Shown here: one piece after another, positions 34,965-43,080 of the stretch
Layout of the letters: each line of letters starts with the position of its first letter
How positions within the stretch are numbered: the first letter of the stretch is position 1
NCBI GenBank assembly: GCA_045653255.1
Contig: JAZOLR010000170.1
Coordinates: forward strand, 1 to 44,444
Origin: Eubacteriales bacterium
Lineage (GTDB): Bacteria; Bacillota; Clostridia; Oscillospirales; CAG-272
Reading direction: 5' to 3'
Length of the DNA: 44,444 bases
The notes under the pieces: model-generated
Database searches by the model: none
What the model was told of the DNA's origin: nothing
What the model saw: the letters and a program-made list of their open reading frames with translations, nothing else
Position numbers and translations under genes: made by a program

Positions 34965-35277
34965 TGTTTACGGTCTCGCCAAAACATACCGCTCAATATA
35001 CCGCTCACCTGAGCGAGGAGATTTTAAATATAATCCTTTTGCTTGTGGTGTCACCAAAATACGAAGTCGAAGGCTCCTTCTCATAAGGATGTTTGCAAAT
35101 TGAATTGTAGGGACAGGCGTCCTCGACTGTCCGTTAGAGCGAAAATTTAATTCGCAGAAAACCGCAGGTTTTCAACCTTAATAAAAAGTAAGTTTATACT
35201 TGCGAAATTGTCTATTTACTAACGATAATATAATTAAAACTTTTTTGCTTGTGGTCTCACCAAAATATACCGCTCAA
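34962..35277 (+). repeat. composite intergenic repeat element, copy A (about 316 bp)
   Basis: It carries a degenerate unit (34962-34996), a second degenerate unit (35036-35062) and a perfect 37-bp unit (35241-35277). Three blocks are shared with copy B: CGCTCACCTGAGCGAGGAGATTTT (35002-35025), GAAAACCGCAGGTTTTCAACCTTA (35157-35180) and a 51-bp identical right end (35227-35277). Confidence 0.8.
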
Positions 35278-35306
35278 AATTGAACGAGGGAATTTTGAGT
35301 GGAAAT

Positions 35307-35469
35307 CGTTGATTTCGTCCCGAAAGTGTACTCTGTACTCCGAGAGGGCGAAATCGACGATAGAAAATGCCGAATTATAATAGAAATGCGTCAGCATTTC
35401 TTTCCGCTTGGGGCAGATTTATACAGACGCATTCTTTTTTATTTAAATTATAGGTTATTCGGCATTTTC
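35307..35469. other. densely structured noncoding segment convergent with the hpf 3' end
   Basis: Long hairpin at 35307-35359. A 13-bp perfect inverted repeat, GAAAATGCCGAAT (35363-35375) with ATTCGGCATTTTC (35457-35469), encloses two mutually exclusive hairpins. One of these is followed by CTTTTTTATTT. Confidence 0.5.
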
Positions 35470-35497
35470 GGTTACACCAAAATTCACCGTTCAACAA

Positions 35498-36013
35498 TCA
35501 TTCGGGGATTATCAATCCATACCCCCCCGCTTTTCTCCTATATACAACACAGGTCTTACCTGTTTCTGCATCTGTGAAGCCGTAGAATTGATGTTCAAGC
35601 AGGTTCATCTGCATTATTGCTTCCTCTGCCGACATTGGCTTGAATGGGAAGGTCTTGACTCTGATGTCAAACTCCGCCTCTTCTTCAAACTCGTCCTCGC
35701 CTATATCGTCGAAGGCGTTTTCCTTAACTCGTTTTTCAAGACGGGTTTTGTTTTTTCTCATCTGTCTTTCAAGCGACTCTACCGCGCAGTCAAGCGCATT
35801 CGCAAAGGTGGAATTTTCCTCTTCGCTTCGGAAAATAGTACCGTTGTAGAGGATAGTTACCTCTACTCTTTCAAGGTCACCGATGACGCTGAATTTTACT
35901 ACCGCTTCCGCGTCCTCGCCAAAAAATCTGTCAAACTTGGCAAGTTTCTTTTCGGCAAGTTCCTTCATACTTTCCCGAACTGAAATCTGTCTTCCTGTCG
36001 TTGTGATCTTCAT
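35498..36013 (-). CDS. hpf: ribosome hibernation promoting factor, long form
   Basis: Start at the ATG at 36013 (MKITTTGRQI), preceded by AAAGGTGG. The S30AE N-domain and the C-terminal dimerisation domain FKPMSAEEAIMQMNLLEHQFYGF are present. Confidence 0.9.
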   Translation of the reverse strand: MKITTTGRQISVRESMKELAEKKLAKFDRFFGEDAEAVVKFSVIGDLERVEVTILYNGTIFRSEEENSTFANALDCAVESLERQMRKNKTRLEKRVKENAFDDIGEDEFEEEAEFDIRVKTFPFKPMSAEEAIMQMNLLEHQFYGFTDAETGKTCVVYRRKAGGYGLIIPE

Positions 36014-36101
36014 ACATTGTACCACCTTTCTTATGAATGTGGCGGACGGGCGTTATTTTGCATCGTCCGTCACGGGACAGGTTTTCCCCTCTCCCAACTT
36101 T

Positions 36102-36130
36102 ATTATAGCACAATTTTTGTTAAAAATAAA
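36102..36130 (-). promoter_or_regulatory. candidate hpf promoter (extended -10)
   Basis: The minus strand reads TTTATT-17 nt-TATAAT preceded by TGc. A structured leader of about 85 nt follows. Confidence 0.4.
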
Positions 36131-36200
36131 TAATTTTTCTAAATTTTTTATTACTTTTTTGTGAGTTTTTACGACTTTTTTCGTTATAAATACAAAAAAA

Positions 36201-36226
36201 CGCCGTCTTTTTTCTTTCAAACGGCG
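36201..36226 (-). terminator. intrinsic terminator after the flavin reductase gene
   Basis: CGCCGT / ACGGCG stem. The minus strand is followed by TTTTTTTG and the + strand by CTTTTTTC. Confidence 0.6.
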
Positions 36227-36256
36227 CTTTTTTCATTTGTTTTTTATTTTCTTTTT

Positions 36257-36841
36257 TTACTTTTTCCCTTTGACAAACGGCTTTTTCTTTGTGGCGGAGA
36301 AACCCATTTCGCCGACTTTTTCACCGAGGGCGAAGTACTCGCCGTGTGCGTAGGCGCAGAGATTTCCTCTTTCCATACAGAGTTTTCCGTTTTCGTCGAG
36401 CATACTTTCGTCGACCGAAACCGAAACGATGTCTGCCATAAACATATCGTGAGTGCCGAGCGAAACTATATCCGTCACGCGACATTCAAGCGCTATCTTG
36501 CATTCCTCTATAGTGGGGGCAGAGACTTCCTTCGACGGAATTTTCGTCAGTTTGCAACGCGCAAACTTGTCCACTTTCGCGCCCGTATAGATACCGCAGA
36601 AGTCGACCGTTTTCGCTATATCGGCAGATGCGAGATTGATAACAAACTCGCCCGTCTCTTTTATCATTTTGTAGGAATGTCTTTGCGGCCGCACAGAGAT
36701 ATAGGTCTTCGGCGGGTGTGTCGCGAGTATTCCCGTCCAACCGACCGTTATAATGTTTGAGTTTTCCATATCTCCGCAACTCACCATCACAGGCGGCACG
36801 GGCGCGAGCAAGGCACTTCCCTTCCAATTCTGTCTTGCCAT
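36257..36841 (-). CDS. flavin reductase-like domain protein
   Basis: VPPVMVSCGD...NIITVGWTG...PPKTYISVRP is typical of the Flavin_Reduct family. Length is 194 aa. Confidence 0.75.
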   Translation of the reverse strand: MARQNWKGSALLAPVPPVMVSCGDMENSNIITVGWTGILATHPPKTYISVRPQRHSYKMIKETGEFVINLASADIAKTVDFCGIYTGAKVDKFARCKLTKIPSKEVSAPTIEECKIALECRVTDIVSLGTHDMFMADIVSVSVDESMLDENGKLCMERGNLCAYAHGEYFALGEKVGEMGFSATKKKPFVKGKK

Positions 36842-36861
36842 AGTTTCCTCTTGAATTTTTC

Positions 36862-37644
36862 TTACTTATCTTGCTTTTTCTGCATACCGAGCCACATAAT
36901 CGTGAGTAGGCAGTCGGGCAAAATCTTAAAGAGCACGTGTTGCATTTTGGTATACCAATTCGTAACCGACATAACTTTTCCGCGCTTTGCATCTTTTATC
37001 GCTTTCGCTACAACGCGATCAACGCGGAGAAGCGGTTTCATAGCAGATGCTTTCGGGCCTTTTGCGTCGGTGATGTCGGTAGCGATACCCAAAAATTCGG
37101 TATCTACCCAACCCGGACAAAACGCAGTCGCGCTAACGCCGAGGTGTTTTATCTCATATTTGAGCGCCTTTGTATAGTGAAGAACAAAGGACTTGCTTGA
37201 TGCGTAGACGTTGAAATTCGGGAGAGGTGTGAAGCAAGAGCCGCTTCCAAGTTGGATTATGTGACCGCCTCGCTTCATATAGGGGATTGTCATATGAGTG
37301 ATAAGCACGAGCGCCTTTACGTTGAGGTCTATCATTCTTGCGCTTTCTTCTTCGGAAACTTCGGTATAGTCGCCGAATTTTCCAAATCCCGATGCATTGA
37401 TAAGATATGAAACTTCGGGGTTTTCTTCCTTCAATGCCGCTCTTATCTTCTCTATTCCTTCGCTTGTAGTGAGGTCGGCGCAGATTATCTTCGCCTTTCC
37501 GTCAAGTTCTTTTGCGAGTGCCGCCAATCTTTCCTCGCGGCGCGCGATAAGGTAAAATTCGTCTGCCTCTTTTGCACGGTAGAGTTGAAGCGCGAACTCG
37601 CGGCCGATACCCGAAGATGCGCCTGTAATAATTGCTACTGACAT
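36862..37644 (-). CDS. SDR-family NAD(P)-dependent oxidoreductase
   Basis: TGASSGIG and YASSK motifs. RBS AGGAGAAAAATT. Confidence 0.85.
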   Translation of the reverse strand: MSVAIITGASSGIGREFALQLYRAKEADEFYLIARREERLAALAKELDGKAKIICADLTTSEGIEKIRAALKEENPEVSYLINASGFGKFGDYTEVSEEESARMIDLNVKALVLITHMTIPYMKRGGHIIQLGSGSCFTPLPNFNVYASSKSFVLHYTKALKYEIKHLGVSATAFCPGWVDTEFLGIATDITDAKGPKASAMKPLLRVDRVVAKAIKDAKRGKVMSVTNWYTKMQHVLFKILPDCLLTIMWLGMQKKQDK

Positions 37645-37700
37645 AATTTTTCTCCTATTTCAATTGCTTTCGAATAATTTTGACTACTTTTGTTTGCTTT

Positions 37701-38441
37701 TTACTCATTTTCAAGCAAGGAAAGTGTTTTTTCTGCGGCATCGCTTTCCGCCGCTTTCTTGTTTTTGCCGACGCCTTTTGCGTATCCTTTTCCCTCTATC
37801 TCGCATAAAACGGTATACGTTTTTTCGTGTTCAGGGCCGATTTCGTCAATTACTGTGTAGGTTGGGCGGTCGAGTTTTTTCTCCTGACACCATTCCTGAA
37901 GCAGATTTTTACTGCTCTTTAATGCTTGTACGTTGTTTTTTTCAAGGTATTTTTCAACGTCGAGCATACGGTTGATAAGCGAGATTATGAGCGCCATATC
38001 CTTTCCGCTATCGAAATATACAGCGCCGACTATACTTTCAAACAAGTCTTCCATAACCGACGGTTGAGTTGCTATGTTCATTTTCACGTCGCCGCGGTTT
38101 AAAAGCAGATATTCGTAAAGTCCGAGTTCGTAAATTCTCTCGGAAAGCATACGCTTGTCGGAAAGCCTGCTCTTTATGTTGGAGAAATTGCCCTCGCGAA
38201 GAGTGCTTTTCATACCGCCTTCCGAAAAAGACGAATATTTTTCCATAAGTATAGTAATGACCGATGCGCCAAGCACACTGTCACCGCAAAATTCAAGGAC
38301 TTCATTGCTCTGTAATTCAACACCGACGGCGCGGAGTTCGTTGCAATACGACTCGCGCGTGAATGCCTGACGCAAAAGTGCCTTGTTCTTAAATTCGTAG
38401 CCGATAATCTTCTCAATCTCGGCACAGTTGAATTTTTTCAT
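37701..38441 (-). CDS. rnc: ribonuclease III
   Basis: Start placed at the ATG at 38441 (MKKFNCAEIEKIIGYEF), preceded by AAGGACGAAGAT. The EFCGDSVLG signature and the C-terminal dsRBD GPEHEKTYTVLCEIEG...GKNKKAAESDAA are present. Confidence 0.85.
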   Translation of the reverse strand: MKKFNCAEIEKIIGYEFKNKALLRQAFTRESYCNELRAVGVELQSNEVLEFCGDSVLGASVITILMEKYSSFSEGGMKSTLREGNFSNIKSRLSDKRMLSERIYELGLYEYLLLNRGDVKMNIATQPSVMEDLFESIVGAVYFDSGKDMALIISLINRMLDVEKYLEKNNVQALKSSKNLLQEWCQEKKLDRPTYTVIDEIGPEHEKTYTVLCEIEGKGYAKGVGKNKKAAESDAAEKTLSLLENE

Positions 38442-38571
38442 ATCTTCGTCCTTTGGTTTTTCTCTTACTTCCATTTTCAAAAGAAAGCAAGCAAAGAAAA
38501 AGCGGTATTATCAGTTTTTTTATTTTTTGGCGAGACTCTGCCGTTTCGCTTGGTGGAATGGTAATGTTTAA

Positions 38572-38701
38572 TTTCGCAAAGCGAAACATCATTGACCGAA
38601 GGTCAACATCATTGCGAAGCAACATCATTTCACCGAAGGTGAAACATCATTTCGCCTCGGCGACTGCCGCAGGTGAAAACATCATTTGTCCGCAAGGACA
38701 A
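38572..38701 (-). repeat. array of short, sequence-divergent palindromes separated by an invariant ACATCAT(T) linker
   Basis: ACATCAT occurs five times (38586-92, 38606-12, 38622-28, 38644-50, 38679-85). The copies alternate with these palindromes: TTTCGC-AAA-GCGAAA, TGACC-GAA-GGTCA, TGC-GAA-GCA, TTCACC-GAA-GGTGAA, TCGC-CTCG-GCGA, CTG-CCG-CAG and TTGTCC-GCAA-GGACAA. Confidence 0.85.
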
Positions 38702-40208
38702 ACCTAAACGGCGACGCGGGGAGTGCCGCAGAGTTGAATATATTCTGTCCTGCGTAGTAGGTGTTGTAGCAATATCTGACCTCGCAGGGATTTTTTATCC
38801 AATCGGCGTAAACTTTCAACTCGCCGTTTTCTATTTTCCCGAATACCGAGTCAAAATGCTCACCGTCGGCAGAAAGATACAAATCTGCTACACCGCCGAT
38901 TATTGCAAGTCCGTCATCATTTGCAAACTTGACGTACACCGCATCTTCTTCAAATCTCGCACAGACGGCGTAGGGGTTTTCCGCCTTTTCGGGCGCGCCG
39001 AACGAGTGATTCATCACTTGACGAAAAAGTCTCGATGCAAGTTCGCGCTTGTAGATGGGGTGAACGTTGTTTATATCGCCAAGCCCTGCGCTTGTCGCGA
39101 GGTGGCAGTTTTTATACTCAATCGTTGCTTTTCTCTGGTCTTCGCGGATTTCAGGCCAAACGCCGAAATCCTTGTGGTTTTTGTGACCTTGCCCTGCACC
39201 CCACGGCGCAAGTTCAACCGCGTAAAAACTCAAATCTTCATTCTTGAATGCTTCTCGCCAAGTGTCCACAAGCACGCCGTATTTTTCAAAATAGTCGCCT
39301 CTCGGATGAGCCTCGCCCTGATACCACAACACGAAATTCACACCGTAAGGAGTGATGTCCTCAATCATATTGTGATAGATACAACCGAGGCGGTTTGCGT
39401 CAAACGGACCTGCGGGCCATTTCACGCTCGTAAAGTCGATAAAGGGGTAAAGACTTGCATACATTGCGTTTCCGTAGGAATTTTCCATCGGTGAACGGTA
39501 AAGTCTTTCTTTTTCATTCAGGAATTCTTTGAATTCTTCGTAGCCGCGCAGAAAATCTTCATAGGGGCGCGACTCGCACACTTTCTTGTGATTTTCGTAA
39601 TACTGTGCTACTCTTTCGTTTCTATCTTTTGCCCAAGTGGGAATAAAGGATTCTATGCATCTGCAACCCCAGTTGCAACCGATAACGCCGACGGGCACTC
39701 CGAGCGCTTTCTGCATCTTTTTCGCCACGTAGTAACCGATAGCGCTGAAGTCCTTCGCCGTTTCGGGTGTGCAACCCTTCCACTTCGGCGCGGAATGGTC
39801 CATAAACTGAAAACGCGGCATATTTATATAGTCGCCTTTTATATACTGCGGCGGTATGGAGTAGAAACGGATATTCTTGTTTTCGCTATTCGGTATCTCG
39901 TCCTCTGCGCCGTCGGTCACGCCAAGCGGCATTTCCATATTGGACTGCCCTGCGGCAATAAACACCTCACCGACGCAAATATCGCGCCTTACTTCTTCAT
40001 TTTCTCCGTCGCTTACTTTTATCTCGTAGCCTACGCCTGCTTCGCGAGGGGAAAAGATAGCGCAAAAACGACCGTCTTCACACTTCGCTGTCACGCGCTC
40101 GCCGTCAAAAGCAACAGTCACCTCGCGGTCGCACTCACCGAATATTCTTATTTCTCTTTCGCGCTGAATTACCGCGCCGTCAGAAAAAATTTCCGCCAAT
40201 TTCAACAT
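38682..40208 (-). CDS. sialate O-acetylesterase-like (SASA/DUF303) carbohydrate esterase
   Basis: Start at the ATG at 40208, preceded by AAGAGG. The AAGQSNMEMPLG catalytic Ser motif is present. Length is about 508 aa with no signal peptide. Confidence 0.7.
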   Translation of the reverse strand: MLKLAEIFSDGAVIQREREIRIFGECDREVTVAFDGERVTAKCEDGRFCAIFSPREAGVGYEIKVSDGENEEVRRDICVGEVFIAAGQSNMEMPLGVTDGAEDEIPNSENKNIRFYSIPPQYIKGDYINMPRFQFMDHSAPKWKGCTPETAKDFSAIGYYVAKKMQKALGVPVGVIGCNWGCRCIESFIPTWAKDRNERVAQYYENHKKVCESRPYEDFLRGYEEFKEFLNEKERLYRSPMENSYGNAMYASLYPFIDFTSVKWPAGPFDANRLGCIYHNMIEDITPYGVNFVLWYQGEAHPRGDYFEKYGVLVDTWREAFKNEDLSFYAVELAPWGAGQGHKNHKDFGVWPEIREDQRKATIEYKNCHLATSAGLGDINNVHPIYKRELASRLFRQVMNHSFGAPEKAENPYAVCARFEEDAVYVKFANDDGLAIIGGVADLYLSADGEHFDSVFGKIENGELKVYADWIKNPCEVRYCYNTYYAGQNIFNSAALPASPFRFVLADK

Positions 40209-40316
40209 ACACAAAAACCTCTTGTTTTTAATTTTTCACATAAATTGTATATCACAAGGCAAAATTTTCATAGTGGGTTTAGTTTGAAAAAATAGAAATA
40301 TATTCCTTTTTTCTCT

Positions 40317-41699
40317 TTATGCGGCTTTGTTTTGCTTTTCGCCGCTTGTAAGGTCTTTTATCCATCTGCGACTAAAGAAGTGTCGCATAGTGAGTATTGT
40401 TTTCGGCACGTCTTCCGCTACGTACATAGCAAAGACGAGCAATGCAAACGGAATTTCCGTGAAAAGTCCAAGCACCACAACGACGGGCACACCGACAAGA
40501 TACAAGGAAAGAGCATCGCACAAAAATCCCGAAAGCGTATCACCGCCCGAACGGAATATACCGCATATAGCAGTATAGGAAATCATCTTGATAGGCAACC
40601 ATAAGCCGTAGTTAAAGAGCAATACCGATGCGACAAGATGCGCCCCCTCCGTCTCTATCGGCAGAATGGAAAGCACAGGTGTACGCAAAAGTATCATCAA
40701 GATACCGACAACAACACCGACAAGGGGGGTCATCACGATAAAGCGGCGCGCAGTTATAAACGCTTCGTCGCGTTTTCCCTCTCCTACACGCTTTCCGACC
40801 ATTATCGCGCTCGCGTTACAAATACCGACAAAGAAGACGAAAAATACCTGCTGGAAAGTATCGTAAACGGTGTAACCTGCGTGGTTTTCCGTACCTTGTC
40901 TCGCTATTACCATAACGTAGATATTCGTACCTATCGCCCAAAGAGCCTCGTTTGCAAGTACGGGGGTAGCCACTTTTATGAACTTCTTTGCAAACTCGCG
41001 CGAGAAACCGAATATCTGAGAAAGTCTTCCGCGCAGAGCATTATCGCGGAACGCGATATACAAAAGAACGATAAGAGCCTGAACAAATGCGCCTATGGTA
41101 GTCGCTATCGCCGCGCCTTTCATCTCAAGTGCGGGGAAACCTAAATTACCGTTTATCAAGCAGTAGTTGAGGAAAGTATTCACACACACCGACACGCCCG
41201 AAGACACAAGCGGCAACACAACCGACTCCGTCGCTCGCAATGCGGCGCAACTGACCTGTGAGAACATCACAAACACGATAGCAAACGAGTAAAACTTGAG
41301 ATACTGCGCGCCCGAAGTTATAACCGATGTGTCCGTGTTGTTGAAAATATGCATAAGCGAAACGGGGAAGAAAAAGAATGCAAGAGCCGCCAAGACGGCT
41401 ATAATCATTGCGGCGGCGAGGGAAAGGCCGTACACCTTTTTTATTGATTTGTATTCTCTTGCGCCCCAGAATTGCGATATAAGAGCACTCGCGCCCGAAC
41501 TTACGCCAAACGATACGACGTTTAGCATAAACGAAAAACGGCTGGCAATGCCCATAGCCGACGTCGCCGCGTTTCCAAGCGTCATAACCATAGAGGTATC
41601 TATAAGCGTGGCGCAAGAAACGAGAAGATTCTGCAACGCAATGGGAATTGCCAGTTTGAGCGCGGTAGCGTAAAAGTTTTTGTCAATTTTGAGTGACAT
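40317..41699 (-). CDS. MATE-family efflux transporter
   Basis: The 460-aa product has 12 predicted TM helices and a typical MATE N-terminus (ALKLAIPIALQNLL). Confidence 0.85.
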   Translation of the reverse strand: MSLKIDKNFYATALKLAIPIALQNLLVSCATLIDTSMVMTLGNAATSAMGIASRFSFMLNVVSFGVSSGASALISQFWGAREYKSIKKVYGLSLAAAMIIAVLAALAFFFFPVSLMHIFNNTDTSVITSGAQYLKFYSFAIVFVMFSQVSCAALRATESVVLPLVSSGVSVCVNTFLNYCLINGNLGFPALEMKGAAIATTIGAFVQALIVLLYIAFRDNALRGRLSQIFGFSREFAKKFIKVATPVLANEALWAIGTNIYVMVIARQGTENHAGYTVYDTFQQVFFVFFVGICNASAIMVGKRVGEGKRDEAFITARRFIVMTPLVGVVVGILMILLRTPVLSILPIETEGAHLVASVLLFNYGLWLPIKMISYTAICGIFRSGGDTLSGFLCDALSLYLVGVPVVVVLGLFTEIPFALLVFAMYVAEDVPKTILTMRHFFSRRWIKDLTSGEKQNKAA

Positions 41700-41736
41700 A
41701 TTAAATTATTTTACCTATCCGTTCTATTTTTCTTTT

Positions 41737-42717
41737 TTATTTCTCGCCGACTACCATTTTTTCCGTATATTCGGCGAGTTTTTCTTTGTATATGGGTTCT
41801 TTTTTCTTTTCGTCAAGATATTTCTTTATCTGAAGATAAGTATATCCTGCATGGTCGGGATATTTCTCGTCCATATTATCTTCCCAGAACTTGATTTTTT
41901 CTTCAATTGTGGGGTATGCGTTTCTATCCCACGCAAGATGATAATCAACGAAAGCGATAGAGCGAAGTTTCTGCTCATAGGCGTAACGCTCTGCGTTATC
42001 TTCGGTGAAGTTGGGAAGCGACACTGTGCCGTCTATGACGGATTTCACTGTGGGGTGGGTGACGTTTATTCCTTGGTCGATAAGGAACAGTCTCGCCATA
42101 ACTTCGTGACCTATTGCCGTCGGGTGAACTCTGTCACCGCCAACAATGGAAGGCGCGCCTTTTTCTGCAAGTCCGTCTATTATCTCTTTCATAGGCGTGA
42201 TGAAATCAACCGTGTTTTTGAGGTTGTATTTTTTCAAGTTTTCGCAGTCACGCGCAAAAATCTCACACAAAGCGTCATAGCAACCGCGGAGATTTTTCGC
42301 AGGAATGTCTGTTATTTCATCATAGGGCGTAGACGAGCAAAGCGTTATCGGCAGACCGTTTTCAGAGAAAAGTTCTGCGAGTTTTATCATATTTTCACAG
42401 TGCGAGTCTTTCGCTCTCTTTCTGCGTTCAAGGTTTTCTTCCGTGGGGTTTTCCTCTGCGTAAAGGTCGCGGTATATGTCGTTCATACCTGCCATAAGTA
42501 CGACTTCTGTCGCCTCTGTGTCCATTACGTCATCGACAAAACGGCGCACCATTCCGCCTGCGCTGTCGCCGGGAACACCTTTGTTGTAAATACGCACGTT
42601 GAGCGAGGGGAAATTCGTCTTGTAGTAGTCGAATATTTTCGCAACGAAACGACCGTTTGTAATAATACTGTCACCGACGAAAAGCACTCGCGCATCTTTT
42701 TCAAACATTTTATTCAT
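41737..42717 (-). CDS. SGNH/GDSL-family hydrolase
   Basis: Start at the ATG at 42717 (MNKMFEKDARVLFVGDSI), preceded by AAAGGAAAATACT. GDS block I, GMND block III and DRVHP block V are present. Confidence 0.75.
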   Translation of the reverse strand: MNKMFEKDARVLFVGDSIITNGRFVAKIFDYYKTNFPSLNVRIYNKGVPGDSAGGMVRRFVDDVMDTEATEVVLMAGMNDIYRDLYAEENPTEENLERRKRAKDSHCENMIKLAELFSENGLPITLCSSTPYDEITDIPAKNLRGCYDALCEIFARDCENLKKYNLKNTVDFITPMKEIIDGLAEKGAPSIVGGDRVHPTAIGHEVMARLFLIDQGINVTHPTVKSVIDGTVSLPNFTEDNAERYAYEQKLRSIAFVDYHLAWDRNAYPTIEEKIKFWEDNMDEKYPDHAGYTYLQIKKYLDEKKKEPIYKEKLAEYTEKMVVGEK

Positions 42718-42805
42718 AGTATTTTCCTTTTTATGCTTATGCTTATGCGAGAAACTTATTTGCAAAAAAGTTCCTCCCGCTCTTCAAAAAAACATGCACT
42801 GTTTA

Positions 42806-43080
42806 TTTTTTGCTTGTGGTCTCACCAAAATATACCGCTCAACATACGCTCACCTGAGCGAGGAGATTTTGTGGGAGATTTTTCGATTTTTTGCGAGAGG
42901 CGTATATTATACGTCGGAGCGAAAAAGCGGAAAAAACAAGCAAAATATAATTTGTTGGAGAAAACCGTAGGTTTTCAACCTTAAATAAAGATGAATTTAT
43001 ACCCACGAAAATGTCTGTAAGCAAACGAAAATATAATTAAAACTTTTTTGCTTGTGGTCTCACCAAAATATACCGCTCAA
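42806..43080. repeat. composite intergenic repeat element, copy B (275 bp), bounded by identical 37-bp direct repeats
   Basis: TTTTTTGCTTGTGGTCTCACCAAAATATACCGCTCAA occurs at 42806-42842 and 43044-43080. Internal blocks at 42847-42870 and 42960-42983 are shared with copy A. The right repeat overlaps the fhs stop codon (43077-43079). Confidence 0.85.

Noticed and set aside
34965-35090. A minus-strand 38-codon ORF (MRRSLRLRILVTPQAKGLYLKSPRSGERYIERYVLARP) reads through the repeat units, so the units might be relics of a gene 3' end or a small peptide gene.
   Set aside because: It has no RBS. The homologous stretch in copy B carries a 1-nt indel (GAGCGTATG versus GAGCGGTAT) that breaks the frame. 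Conservation is therefore at the nucleotide level, not the protein level.
34962-35277. The recurring 37-bp unit (also at 42806-43080) might be a CRISPR array.
   Set aside because: Only two or three units occur per locus. Spacing is irregular and too long (about 40-nt, 170-nt and 201-nt gaps). The supposed spacers are homologous between the two loci. Units are degenerate within a locus. No cas genes are present.
35299-35577. A 92-aa ORF with a GTG start in the hpf-proximal spacer might be a gene.
   Set aside because: It has no RBS, it overlaps the hpf 3' end antisense, and it runs through hairpin-rich repeat sequence. The structure signal is stronger than the coding signal.
38593-38605. TGACCGAAGGTCA resembles an everted estrogen-response-element-like half-site pair.
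   Set aside because: This is coincidental similarity with no biological relevance in bacteria.
38593-38643. On the minus strand the palindromes might be extra-stable C(UUCG)G tetraloop hairpins.
   Set aside because: Register check: in TGACCTTCGGTCA the fully paired stem leaves a 3-nt loop (UUC, or GAA on the other strand). Forcing a cUUCGg loop breaks the stem. The tetraloop reading therefore cannot be used to assign the strand. Polarity was argued from position relative to stop codons instead.
41680-42984. A 434-aa ORF lies on the + strand.
   Set aside because: It is entirely antisense to the well-supported SGNH hydrolase and to the MATE start. The sequence is Phe/Val/Cys-rich low complexity. 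It has no RBS and runs across the intergenic repeat. I treat it as a shadow ORF. The same reasoning applies to 38673..39494, 39588..40295, 9119..9928, 23225..23968, 23972..24655, 31111..31734, 17664..18215 and the other antisense ORFs in the track.
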